From Octopus sinensis (lineage: Eukaryota), in assembly GCF_006345805.1 (NCBI RefSeq), contig NC_042999.1:107880001-107944000 (forward strand): a stretch of DNA of 64,000 bases, given 5' to 3'. This document shows, piece by piece, positions 50,908 through 63,305 of the stretch (its first letter is position 1; every line of letters begins with the position of its first letter). A program made the translations under genes and the position numbers. The notes below the pieces were generated by a model. That model had not been told where the DNA came from and made no database searches. It saw nothing but the letters and a program-made list of their open reading frames with translations.

Positions 50908-51310
50908 GCATGGGTGTGGCAGTGTGGTAAGAAGTTAATTTTCAATAACATAGTTTTATGTTCAGTCCTACTGTTTTGCACCCTGGTCAAATGTCTTTTA
51001 CTATAAATTTTGGCTAACAAAATCTTTGTCAGTGGCCTTAGTAGACAGAAACTGAAAGAAGCTCATTTTGTGTGTGGTGTGTGTTTGAGTGCATGTATGT
51101 TGCTTTGACATCATGTGACAGTTGTAAAATTGTTGTCACTGTCATAGAAACGGTGTCATTCATTTCCAATATTTTGTGAGGGCATGTCTGGCTATGGAGA
51201 AAATATTACTTTATGTGGAAACAGGTGAGGGGTGGAGACCAGAAAGGCACTCAGCTGTATAAAATCTGTATCAAAACAAGCATGGAAAAGTGGACATTAA
51301 AATGAATCAT
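50908..51310 (+). mobile_element. SINE with A-type head and gcatggaaaagtggacattaaaatga tail
   Basis: Tail also seen at about 20585-20765. Confidence 0.6.
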
Positions 51311-53379
51311 CTTGAATTTATTTCTCCTTTTCTTTAAGAGTTCTCTGAGAATTGCTGCTAAATGTTTTTCATTCTCCAAGAAAGAAAATCCATTCAAATA
51401 TGACCCCTTTTAGTATAAGCATATTATACTCTTAACTTTATAACCTAGAATTGTGTCCTTGGCTTATTTCCAATATTTCCTTTAGCTCAGTTTGTTATTT
51501 TATTTATGTCAGTTATACTCAGCAAAATTTATTCTTAACTTTTTTCTCTATTTAAAAAAACTTTGTCAACTAATTAAACAAGCTCGAGAAAAGTATACTA
51601 TGTTGATGAAGTGTAATAGACTGAAACATGTACATAGTTGTCCCTCTTCCTTACAAATAAATATTAAACTTCCCCCTCACCCAAGGTTGTATATTAATTT
51701 TGAAAATTTATTTCCTAAAACTCTTCTCACCTTTTCTGTGATTTGCATTAACAATTACTGCTAGATTTTTTTTTCTCCTTTTGTTAAGAGGAAAATTTCT
51801 GTTAAGATTTTTGTATGCAACAACCAGTATATCAACCTTCAACTTATTTACTTCATACCTGCAGTGTGCCAACAGTTTTCAATAAAATGTATGGCATTTT
51901 GTTTTCAACTGAATCTACATAAAAAAAAATAAAATAGTTCTTCCTCTTTCTTTTTCTTTTTTGTTTTGCTAAGATTTACAAGGCAGTTTTTCTCTTATTT
52001 GTTGCTGTAGCAAAATAGTAAACTTGACCTAATCCTCTTCATAAATTGTCAGTGCTGACTTGGTCACCAATGGAGTGGTTGGGTAAAAATTTGTGTCATT
52101 AAAATGGAATGTTCACCTATTAAGAGATTTTATTTCATGACTATACACATGTATATTATTGATAAAAACAAGAGTACCATTCTAGATACAGGACAGAAGT
52201 CCACTACTCTTGTATCTACAGGCAGTACTGTAAGTCATAGAACATGAATGACTGAATAATCAGGTTCTTGCTCTCCCACATTTTCACCTACTTCACTAAA
52301 AATTATTTGTCTACACTCACTAATTGTTAATTATTTGTATTTCACACTTAGCATTGTTTCTATTTGTCTGTCTGTCTGGCATGACAGCCACCCTACTTTT
52401 TCTGTCTAAAGAAGGACTACTACTTCTCACTTCAGGAAAACAACCCCCCCACCTCCCTATCACATCAACAACTTATCCCTCTCTTGCTGTCTCTTTAATT
52501 TAGTTAAAGTATATTACTTTTTATTTTTTTGCCTATCTTCTTTACCACAGAAGTTCTTTCTCAGTCTCTAGATTCCTCTCTTCCTCAGCTGTTGACTATT
52601 TGTTTCTTTCATCTATCATTCTTTATCTGTCTTCATCATTGTAACTGACTGTAAACCTTTCCTTTCTCTCTCTTACTTTTCTCTAACTTACTTATGTACC
52701 TACCTCACATAACTCCTCCTCACTGCTCTCCTCTATTTCATCCTTTTACTTTCACTTTTCTCCCACCCATATTCCTTAAATACGTAATTCTAGTCTTTTT
52801 CTCAGTTTAATAGCATATAATCACCCTCCAAGTTAATTTTCTCTATTACTCATATTTTAATCAATCCACAGAAATTATTTTTTGGTAATGTTTATTATTT
52901 GAAGCTGTGTAGTTCCAAGTCTATCCTAGAGAAGTTCTTTGATCAAAGCATTAAAAATGCCAAATATACTTGAAACATACTCTCCTCTGTCAGTCCTCAG
53001 TGAGCTGTAGCCTTGAGAAATTTGGTGTAAGCAGTATTGTTATTTCAACCCCTTGACCTCAGCAAAGCATTTAACCATTTCTGCTTACCAACAAAGATGT
53101 TAGTCTCTCGTAGTCCAAGAAAGACAGTCCTGCAAATTCTTGCTGTTCAGCCTGTAAAAATAATTTGTGCATAGTGATCAAAAGCATGTGCTGTACATTA
53201 GCTCACTTACTCCATCAAATCAATGTTGCTTGAAAAGGTGCATGGTGTACCATACATCAGGTGTTGAGCAACATGAGATGAAGTGTTTTACTCAAGACCA
53301 CCACCTGATCCAGGAATTGAAACCTGGTCTCACTATCATGAAAGCAACATGCTAACCACAAGACTATGTATCTTCACAC

Positions 53380-54390
53380 TACTTACCAGTAAGCTTCATC
53401 TTTATCTCATCAATTACTCTGGTGACTTTCATCTATCGTGGCACATGCTGATGGAACTCTTTCTTTATTCTAACTCTGGTATACCTCAGGGCTTGGTTTT
53501 GTCCTTCACACTCTTCCTTTCAATAATCTACATGTCATCACCTTTGGCAATGCCCACTTTTACACTGATGATATCATCTTTCATTCCCCCTTAACTTTCT
53601 GCATCCAAGTGTAATTCACATAAACCTTTTTTGTATCACACCAAATCTACTCTGAACAAAATTCATCCATGCCAGGCTTATCTTTTTCAGCAGCAAAAAG
53701 CACAATCACTATACATATCATATAAAGAAAAAAAAACAAAAATCAAATTAACAACATGAAGCTAGGATGCTCACAATAGCTCGAAAATCTAAGCTTCAAA
53801 ATCTCTCTTGGCAAACATACTATCATGGCATAGCAAAGACAACATATCAAAGATTGGCCTGCCGCTTGAAAATCAGAAAATACTTCAGCTTTCCCTCCCT
53901 CTTAGCTACAACCAACAATGAAGTAATAATACTTCTACATCCAAGATTGTTCTGCTGTTAAACACATGTATATTCTAGACACAGCCAAAGAAAGGTCACT
54001 CAACTGACTGACACAAATTTTCTTTATAATACACAGAGGTGTGCTGTTGCCTCTCCTTTTCTTTTCCTCCACAACTACAAAGAGCTCTGTTCCTTGTAGA
54101 TGGTTAATTTCATATGATCTCCACTTAGTCTCTGCTGATTCACTCATCATCGTTCCTTTGAATATCCCTGTTGTGTCCACTCCTCTTGGCTTAGTGCTAG
54201 CCAATACATCCATTCTTTCCTCTTCCTTATGTTGACCTTCTGGAATTGCCCCCCCCCTTTCACATGTTTTTTTTTGTTTTCTTTTACTGATGTTAACTTG
54301 CAGGAGCTCAACCAACACATAAATGGCATGAATCTTACAAGTCTGAGGGATCTTAAGAAAGCTTGCCTCCACTTCCTCTCAACTAAACTA
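53380..54390 (+). pseudogene. Old CR1/L2-like LINE RT fossil
   Basis: NSGIPQGLVLSFTLFL, YTDDI (YADD-type), FWNCPP and VNLQELNQHIN fragments in shifting frames. Confidence 0.75.
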
Positions 54391-54404
54391 GTAAAAGTTG
54401 ATAT

Positions 54405-54765
54405 ATATCATCATCATCCTCGTTTAACGTCCGTTTTTCCATGCTAGCATGGGTTGGATGGTTTGGCCGGGGTCTGGGAAGCCAGGAGGCTGTGCCAGGC
54501 TCCAGTCTGATCTGGCAGTGTTTCTACAGCTGGATGCCCTTCATAATGCCAAACACTCCGTGAGTGTAGCGGCTGCTTTTTATGTGCCACCAGGACAGGG
54601 GCCAGAGGAGGCTGGGAAATGGCCACAATTGGTTGGTGCCTTTTACGTGTCACCGACATGGATGCCAGTCAGGCGGCACTGGCATTAGCCATGTTCGGAT
54701 GGTGCATTTTTACGTGCCACCAGCACGGGTATCTTAACTACAATTTCCATTTGATTTTTATTTAT
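54405..54765 (-). mobile_element. SINE family C
   Basis: (CAT)n tail, palindrome ccatgctagcatgg 54439-54452, three tacgtgccacc-type units. Confidence 0.88.
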
Positions 54766-55474
54766 ATATATTTTTATTTTATATGTATATATTTTATATA
54801 TATATATATATATATACACAAACAAACAAACAGACAAATAAAATAGCAATGATTATCCTGTGCTTCTGTCAGGTATTATATCTCTCTCTATCTTTCATCT
54901 CTCTTTCTCTCTCTCTCTTGATGCTTTCATGTAAATTAGGGAGATCGGTTTGCTATTTCTAACACCAAGTGGCTACATAGAAGCTTCCTTTGACTTGTTT
55001 ATTTGAAGATTACTACTTTTTCTGACACTACCAGCCCTTTCATTCATTTCTTCTCATGTATATTTTAGATTGTTAATATCTTTTTTTTTTTTTCAACTCT
55101 CACCAACCACAAGCAACAGCTGTGAACAGATTTACACTTTTCAAATTCATAAGTTAATAGTTTATCTGTCTTCTTCACTTATTTACTTGTTTATTTTACC
55201 CTGTTTATTTAACTTTACTTCAGTATCTGAAACATGATGATACTTCACACATATTCTTTAAAATGTTTGTAGACAAGTTTGTTTGCATTGCTTGACCTTG
55301 AATGCATAATGTTTAAGAAGAGATTCAAGTGATTTTTATTTGATAATTTCTCCATGACCTGATTTAAATTCCACCATCAGAGCTGCTTTTATTATAAATT
55401 TCTAGTAAAAATCATGAACAATGCAACTTCCCATTTCTTCAAAAATTCTGCAGTGCCATCTTATATTTTTATTT

Positions 55475-55853
55475 ACTCTTTTACTTGTTTCAGTCATTTT
55501 GACTGTGGCCATGCTGGAGCACCACCTTTAGTCGAGCAAATCGACCCCAGGACTTATTCTTTGTAAGCCTATCAGTCTCTTTTGCCAAACTGCTAAGTTA
55601 CGGGGACGTAAACACACCAGCATTGGTTGTCAAGCAATGTTGGGGGGACAAACACAGACACACAAACATACACACACTCACACATATATACAACCGGCTT
55701 CTTTCAGATTCTGTCTACCAAATCCACTGACAAGGCTTTGGTCGGCCCGAGGCTATAGTAGAAGACACTTGCCCAAGGTGCCATGCAGTGGGACTGAACC
55801 AGGAACCATGTTGTTCATAAGCAAGCTACTTACCACATAGCCACTCCTACGCC
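55475..55853 (-). mobile_element. SINE family A, well preserved
   Basis: Reverse complement of the A consensus, many CpGs kept. Confidence 0.9.
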
Positions 55854-56271
55854 TAATAATAAATGCACCCTTTTAAAGCCTAGCCAGGCTCATGGGCTTC
55901 GTTTCCCGGTTTCTATGGCATATGTGTTATTTATGTATTTTTATTTTTTCATTTTATTCATTTCATTTTTAAAGTTCTATGTCATGTTGCAAGAATTTAT
56001 GCTCTCACCTTGGCTGCTGGAGTTCATTTCTTCTTCAGTAAGGATCTCTTTTATTTTTTTTAATGCTATTTTTTGAGTACAATTAATTTGGGCGTAAACA
56101 ACAACAACAGCAGCAACAACAATTCAACTGTTATTGCCAATGTAAATATTGTCTCTTGTAATTTTAATTAAAAACTCAATGATTCAGAGTTAATTTCCTT
56201 ATTTTAAATTCATACCAGTTTAACTGGATTTATATTGTATACCAATTCAGAATACCTACATGCATACATAC

Positions 56272-56400
56272 ATAGTGAGGATGTATGACCTAGTGGTTAG
56301 AGTGTTACATTCATGATTGCAAGATTGTGGTTTCAATTCCTAGACTGAGTGGTGCATTGTGTTCTTGAGCAAAACACTTCATCCTTTGACACCTGACACA
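56272..56400 (+). mobile_element. SINE family D head
   Basis: gacctagtggttagagtgtt...gtttcaattcc...tgtgttcttgagcaaaacac. Confidence 0.65.
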
Positions 56401-56589
56401 TGGTACACTGTGCACCTGTTTAGGCAAGATTGGTTTGCTGGAGGGAGGGAGCCAATGTGCCTAATAAGGAACTGCTCATATCCTGCAAAAGGTTTTCTCT
56501 GTCTGCAATCTAAGACCTGAGGAGAGACCTAAAAAGCAAATCAAGCCAATTTTTATAAACTGTGAGAAGCACATGATAAAAAATAAACA

Positions 56590-56925
56590 ACAGGCATGGC
56601 TGTGTGGTAAGAAGCTTGCTTCCCAACCACATGGTTCCAAGTTCAGCCCCACTGCATGGTACCTTGGGCAAGTGTCTTCTGCAATAGCCTCAGGATTGAG
56701 TGGATTTGATAGATGGAAACTGAAAGAAGCCCATTATATATATATGTATATACATTTGTGTGTCTGTGTTTGTTCCCCCTCCGTTGCTTGACAACTGATA
56801 TTGGTGTGTTTACGTCCACATAACTTAGCTGGTCAGCAAAAGAGACCAATATAATAAGTACTAGGCTTACAACTGAAGGCAGTGTTCCAGCATGGCTGCA
56901 GTCAAATGACTGAAACAAGTAAATG
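56590..56925 (+). mobile_element. SINE family A
   Basis: Full head, core and tail. Confidence 0.88.
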
Positions 56926-57001
56926 AAAGAAAATATAAAGCAATTTCTGAAGTGTCAATTGCAACCTCATGTTATGTATTATGAGTTATATTACCCTATC
57001 C

Positions 57002-57171
57002 CTGTGGCTGTCAACCTTTTCACTTCCAAGGACCTCCTTTGTTTAAATGAGTTTTCCTATGGACTCCTTTTAATGTTTATCCACTCACACACACACAAAA
57101 TTTTGTATTTATTTCACAGACCCCCCAGTACTACCTTTGCAAATCACCAGGGATCAGGTTGGGAATCACTG
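57002..57171. mobile_element. hAT-type MITE 1
   Basis: TIRs ctgtggctgtcaacc ... ggttgggaatcactg; flanks ccctatcc / ctctagac (degenerate 8-bp TSD). Confidence 0.7.
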
Positions 57172-57179
57172 CTCTAGAC

Positions 57180-57380
57180 TAGTGGTTTTCAACCAGGGTT
57201 CCGCCAGTACAGTGAAGGGGTTCCACAAGCAGTTACAAAACTGCTAAAATTGGCAGTAATTTTTAAGTCTCCTGTGCAGATATGTGTGCATAAGACTATT
57301 AAATTATTGCACCGGGGATCCTCGAGCCAGTGGAATGTTTCCTTGGGGTTCCGCTCCAGCAAAAAGTTTGAAAAGCATTG
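57180..57380. mobile_element. hAT-type MITE 2 (201 bp)
   Basis: TIRs tagtggttttcaacc ... gtttgaaaagcattg; perfect 8-bp TSD ctctagac at 57172-57179 and 57381-57388. Confidence 0.9.
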
Positions 57381-57967
57381 CTCTAGACAATCAAATGTAG
57401 CATTGATAGTGACTCAGTATTTCTTACTTTTTCTCTCTCCTTTTCAAGTGGACAAGTTGCTTTAAAGCATTGGGTGGTGTACATTTGGCTGTTTGTTAGT
57501 CATGCTTAACAATCTGCATTAAAATCTTGTATTTTGCAATGTTGAAATTATATCTAGGTTAACAAGTTCGTTTCACAATCACATGGTTTTTGTGTTTGCT
57601 CCCACTGTGTGGAATCTTGAGCAAGTGTTTCTGATATAGTCTTTGATTAACTGATATGCTATAGGTGAAACTGGTACTCAGAAACTGTGCAGAAGCCCTC
57701 TGTGTATATGTGTGTATGTATGTTTGTGTGTATCCGTCTCTTTGTCTTTGCTGTATTTTGAAAAATATAGTATTTTCAAATATATCTTGTAACTTATTTG
57801 TGCAACATGGTGGGATTGCTGAGGTAAGTACCAGATTTAGAAATAAGTACTGAAGTTGACATGATCAACTAAAAGCCTTCAAGGTGATGCACATGACTAA
57901 CTACAATCTGATCCTTTAAGAGTTCCCATTTTACAAATGAGAGGAATATTCCTAACATATATTGCCC

Positions 57968-58238
57968 ACGGGCATATGGTGTAGTGGTTAAGAGCGCAGG
58001 CTGCTAACCCCAAGATTCTGAGTTTGATTCCAGGCAGTGATCTGAATAATAATTATAATATCGGAAAAATACCTTAGGCATGAAAAACCAGGTTCGAAAT
58101 TCCCTCTGGACACCTGATGAAGGCTATAAAGTACATCAGCTGAAATGTTGTATTAACAATAAACAAGATGAGGACAAATATCCATCAAATGTAAATAGTG
58201 TACATAATTCCTCATCTCTCAAATATAGTGCTGTATTA
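57968..58238 (+). mobile_element. SINE family F copy 3, full length
   Basis: A-box tggtgtagtgg, anticodon-like loop ctgctaa, B-box-like gagtttgattcc, (AAT)n linker, hammerhead motif, terminal agatgagga/tcctcatct hairpin. Confidence 0.88.
58109..58154 (+). ncRNA. Type I hammerhead ribozyme motif, catalytic core intact
   Basis: GACAC CUGAUGA A GGCUA...CAGCU GAA AUGU U GUAUU; stems partly decayed by C-to-T and G-to-A changes. Confidence 0.72.
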
Positions 58239-59354
58239 CCCAACATATTTTCTAGAGTATAATCATTATATATTAGAACCTCCTGTGTTGCTATTCTGTT
58301 TCACAAGATGCACATATAATCAGATGTAATTAATGAATTTTGTTCTCAGTTGTAATACCAAATGTTATTGGTCAAAGATAGGATTATATTTGTTTCTCAT
58401 GTTTCATTAGTTTCCCTCCTCTCTATTAAAGGAAGCACAAGCAGCTTCACACACATGTATATACAACAAAACTTCTACCTGCCAAATTCACCCACAAGGC
58501 TTTTGTTGGCCTGTGGCTACAGTAAAAGACACCTACCCTAGGTGCTACACAGTGGGTCTGAACTCAGCACCCCCCGCTTTTTTTTTCGCTTTTTTTCTCC
58601 TTTGAAAAATGCAATTGATTGCCAATTTTGTTAAAAACAAGAAAGACTACTCCCACACCATACCAGCCAACAAGGAAAAATGCCTCCCACCCACACTTAC
58701 AATGACCTAAGCAAACCTATAGATAAGGTAGTTAATTTTGCTTACTTCATTGATATTTTTGATATCTCGTAGTAATGTTTGAACAAAATCATGAACCCTT
58801 TATATTTTCAGTTCAATTTTGTTCACTTAAATTAAATAAAACAAAAAAAAAGGAAAATAAATCACAGGTGTAAACTTGGATCTAACTGTTAACACATACA
58901 CCTGCACATCCACCAACTCACATGTGCATGTATATGTATAAGAATTATATTAAGTTGCCTTGCCTAATTGATTTAGGTTAGTTTGCATCACTTTATGAAA
59001 TATTGCATATTCAAGCTGTTTAATATCTGATATTATTGTAATAATGAAACAGGTGCATGTTTCTCATTCTCATGAAATAATGTTACAAGATGAAGAGATT
59101 CTCTTTCTTTTCTGGATTTTTTTGCTTCAAATTTTGCTTACCTAACTTATTACACACTGCTCCTTAATTCTTCTTATCTTTCTTTGAAATGGTGCAGGAT
59201 GTAGCTATCAATTTTTCTCTCTCTTTGTTCTTATTCATGCATGTGTGGGATGTGTATGTATGTGTGTGTGTGTATACATATATCTACATCTGTATATATA
59301 TATATATATATATATCTGTTCATGTGTAGATATATACATAAATTTATACAATTA

Positions 59355-60160
59355 TTATCATTGAGTCAGAGAGCAGTGCATGCCATCAAAATGACACTGT
59401 GGTAAAATATACAAAACCCAATATACACACCATAGCTACCTGTCCATTAAGGTACACTAGACACATGTATTACAATCATATGTGTGTGACATAGGGATCT
59501 CATATCAAGATAAACAGTGCATGACCTTGCAGGTGGAGCCCAGTTAGAATTTTCTTCACCCTGCTCATAAGGTCCCTGAATAAGGGTTGTTTAAGGCTAT
59601 TGAATGGAACACCCATGTTTCCAGAGGTGAACTATTCAAACCCCAAAGAATTCCTCTGAACACATGGCTATGATGCTCCCTCATTACTTCTGCTCGGGAT
59701 CAGAGATGCACATATTGTTTGCGACTAAAGGACATGCTTAACTGGTTACAATCAAGGCGTCGAGCTGGCAGAAACATTAGCACGCTGGGTGAAATACTTA
59801 GTGGTATTTCGTCTGCTGTTACGTTCTGAGTTCAGATTCCGCCGAGGTCGACTTTGCCTTTCATCCTTTCGGGGTCGATAAATTAAGTACCAGTTACGCA
59901 CTGGGGTCGATATAAACGACTTAATCCATCTGTCTGTCCTTGTTTGTCTCCTCTGTGTTTAGCCCCTTGTGGGTAGTAAAGAAATAGGTTACAATCAAGC
60001 AACTTCCAAGCAAATCTGTGATATTGAGCAGAATATTTGTTGTAGCCTGTCTTTATACCAGGACAAAACATGCATACATAATAACACTTCCACTCAGTTA
60101 AGATCAGAATCCATGACCGCCAGTGCTTGGTACTACATCAGGGCATTTATTATTATTATT
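59355..60160 (+). repeat. Unclassified interspersed repeat hosting a SINE B insertion
   Basis: GC-richer block flanked by (ATT)n and interrupted at the 13-bp TSD; family identity inferred only. Confidence 0.45.
59757..59988 (+). mobile_element. SINE family B with perfect 13-bp TSD
   Basis: ggttacaatcaag at 59744-59756 and 59987-59999. Confidence 0.95.
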
Positions 60161-60171
60161 ATTATCATTAT

Positions 60172-60385
60172 TATGGCAAGCTGGCAGAACTGTTAGCATG
60201 CCAGACAAAATGCTTAGTGGCATTTTGTCCGTCTTTATGTTCTAAGTTCAAATTCCACCCAGGTTGACTTTACCTTTCATCATTTCAGGTTTGATAAATT
60301 AAGTACCAGTGATACACTGGGGTCGATTTAATCGACTAGCCCTCTCCCCCCAAAATTTCAGGCCTTTTGCCTTTAGTAGAAAGGT
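60172..60385 (+). mobile_element. SINE family B
   Basis: atggcaagctggcagaactgttagc...caaaatttcaggcc. Confidence 0.82.
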
Positions 60386-60389
60386 TTAT

Positions 60390-61083
60390 CACTATTATTA
60401 TTTTTTTTTTTCTTTTTATCACAGGTTTTGTTGGAACTCCCGGAGTCTTGCATGCATAGTAGTCTTGCTATCTGCAGCCTACAGTACCATGCTATCCTTT
60501 CTTTTCAGCTGTCTAATACTTTCCTGATTATTCTGGCTGTGCTAAGGAGGCAAACCTTTTATAACAGTTCTACTGGGCACCCTATTCCAATTTCCTTTAT
60601 ATTCCTTTTGATGCCTTCTGATATTGTCCTCAAGAACCAACAATAATTGTCACTATCTTCACCTTAATTTTCCATAGCCAGGCTATTTTATATTTAAGAA
60701 GGTTGCATTTATCTATTTTTTTTTGCCTTCTTGACTGTTCGTGGGTCTAAGGGACATGCAACATCAACTATATAGCATATGTGGTGCACCTTGTTGACCA
60801 CCACTAGTCTGGTCTGTTTTGCTCTAGCACCTGATCTGTTTGGGTTGGGAAATCCCAGATGATTTTGCTAGTCTCTGACTCCACCACTTTCTGTGGTTTG
60901 TGCTCATACTACATCTTTCCTATCTCTAGCCCCCATTTTTCACACAGTTTCCAGTGTAGTACTTTCACTACCCTATTGTGTTGCCACAACTTGTAGTGGT
61001 TTTTGGCTAGTCTAGGGCATTCATTCATGATATGGGCAATGGTTTCATCCACTCTGTTACAGATGTAGCACAGCAGAGAAGGC
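60390..61083 (-). pseudogene. 3' end of an R4/Dong-like LINE (zinc knuckle plus restriction-like endonuclease) with (AAT)/A-rich tail
   Basis: ICNRVDETIAHIMNECPRLA...HNRVVKVLHWKLCEK...KIIWDFPTQTDQVLEQNRPD...YIVDVACP...LLSTARIIRKVL with stops and frameshifts. Confidence 0.85.
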
Positions 61084-62099
61084 AGCATTGTGGCAGAATC
61101 ATTACCTCACCAAATTTCTTCCATTTATTTTATGTTCTGAATTCAAATGCTGTAGAGGTTGACTTTGCCGTTCTTCTTTCTGGGGGTTGATAAAATAAGC
61201 ACCCCTCAAGCACTGGGGTTGCCCGCAGAATTGTTAATGTCAGTGAAAATGTCTTGTAGTATTTCTTCTAGCTTTTTACATGTAATAATACTGGCAGTAA
61301 AACTCAGTGACAATCATTCAGGAAACCAGGGCCAAATGCTTGCAATAGTCTGTGCTCTGTTAAAGGCCTGCAAAGTCTAAGTTATGACATTGTTCTCAAC
61401 CTTCCTTCCAACATGAGTACATCAAACACTCTGTCTATATTTCTCTCCTTGTCCCTGCCATATACCTTTTGCTTTTTTTTGTCTCTGTCTGCCTGTCTCT
61501 TTCTCTTACATACATTATTGTCTGTCCGTAAAAGAGATAGGCTTCCTCAATGTGAGACAATAGTAACACAACTAGGAGTAAAATAAATATACCATTTAAA
61601 AAAATTTAGCTTGTGGAATCCCTCATTATTTAGTGTCACAGTAAATGCCTCCTTGGCTATAGATTTAAAGAAGTGCATTAAATGTCAGTCTCCTTTATAC
61701 TGAGCAGCAAATTGCCTTGACTAGCATAAAGCATGTTGTTGCTATGCATTGTTAATAGTAAGGGTGAGCGCTATATTTTCATCATAAAACAACTTGATGT
61801 TATTAGTTTAGATATGTGCTCTTAAAATAACTGGCAGTATTTTAGAACCCCATCAAGTATTCCAGTAGATTCAGTTGAACCAAGCACACACACGACATCC
61901 ATACACACACACAAACACTAACGTGCGCACACACACACACACACATTGTACTTAAGAATATATTTTAGCCTTGTCCTAAAACAGTTTGAGTAAAGATCAT
62001 GAATTTAGACCTAGTTGTGTTTCATCAGCCTTGGGTATGATTAGAATCTCCTCATGATATTGATAGAATTCAATAATATTCCCTTATTTATATAAATAT

Positions 62100-62275
62100 A
62101 TATATATATAGGGAGAATTGACAAAAAAATAAAAGACGAAGACAGGTGGTGTAGACAACAAACAGATGTATAAGTATAATGCTCGGGAATTGAAGAAGTC
62201 TTTAACGTTTCGAGCCTACGTTCTTCCACAGAAAGGAACACAGAAAAAAACATGGAGAGAAACATATATACATAT
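62100..62275 (-). mobile_element. Short (TA)n-flanked repeat carrying a hammerhead-like fold
   Basis: Bounded by (TA)n on both sides; motif at 62200-62235. Confidence 0.6.
62200..62235 (-). ncRNA. Hammerhead-like motif with A6U core deviation
   Basis: CUUU CUGUGGA A GAAC-GUAG-GCUC GAA ACGU U AAAG. Confidence 0.5.
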
Positions 62276-62914
62276 ATATACATGCACACAATCACAAAAT
62301 AATGATATATAACACACAGGTTTGAAAAGAAAGCAAAGAGAATCCAGGGAAACTAGTGGCAGTACACATTGGTAAAAATTGTACTTATTGATTGAATGTA
62401 AAGCTTCTTTAACTGTAATGTGATAAGTGAATTTGCAATACCTTTGTTTGATTACTCAGGGGTATAACTCAAAGTTTAACCATCACTGCATTAGTAAATT
62501 AAATAACTTGAATGTAATTTAATCTAAGTAATTTTTGAGAACAATACTCCATAATAATCTTTAGAGTGAAAAATAAACTGTACTGGCTCATGAGTAATAT
62601 ATATATATATAACTCTGTAGATGCAGGCATGGCTATGTGGTTAAGAATTTTTCACTTTACAAACTGTGTAATTTTGCTTTGCAACAATGTGGTTTCCGCA
62701 AATGCCATTTATTGCAAAGTGTGGCATTGTAGGGATGTGTCTTATTCTATTGCTTCAGGTTTGCCAACAACTTGTGAATAAAATTTAGTTGGCAGAAACT
62801 GTATGGTAGCCTGTTGTCTATTATATACACATGTATAAACAGTTTGCTTTCAAGTATCTTTGCTTTGGCATTTGTTAGACGGTGACAGTGTCTGTTAATG
62901 TCATAAACAATATA

Positions 62915-63305
62915 GATGCAGGAGTGGCTGTGTGGTAAGTAGCTTGCTTACCAACCACATGGTTCCGAGTTCGGTCCCACTGTGTGGCACCTTGGGCAAG
63001 TGTCTTCTACTATAACCTCAGGCCAACCGAAGCCTTGTGAATGGATTTGGTAGACGGAAACTGAAAGAAGCCCATCGTATATATGTATATATATATATGT
63101 GTTTGTGTGTCTGTGTTTGTCCCCCCAACATCGCTTGACAACTGATGCTGGTGTGTTTATGTCCCTGTAACTTAGCGGTTCGGCTTAAGAGACTGATAGA
63201 ATAAGTACTAGGCTTACAAAGAATAAGTCCTGGGGTCAATTTGCTCAACTAAAGGCAGTGCTCCAGCATGACTGCAGTCAAATGACTGAAACAAGTAAAA
63301 GAGTA
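62915..63305 (+). mobile_element. SINE family A, well preserved
   Basis: gcaggagtggctgtgtggtaagtagcttgcttaccaaccacatggttccgagttcggtccc through gactgaaacaagtaaaagagt. Confidence 0.92.

Noticed and set aside
57968-58045. SINE heads (here and in families A, B, D, E) as tRNA genes
   Set aside because: They have A/B boxes, but acceptor stems do not close and they run into repeat bodies, so they are SINE heads.
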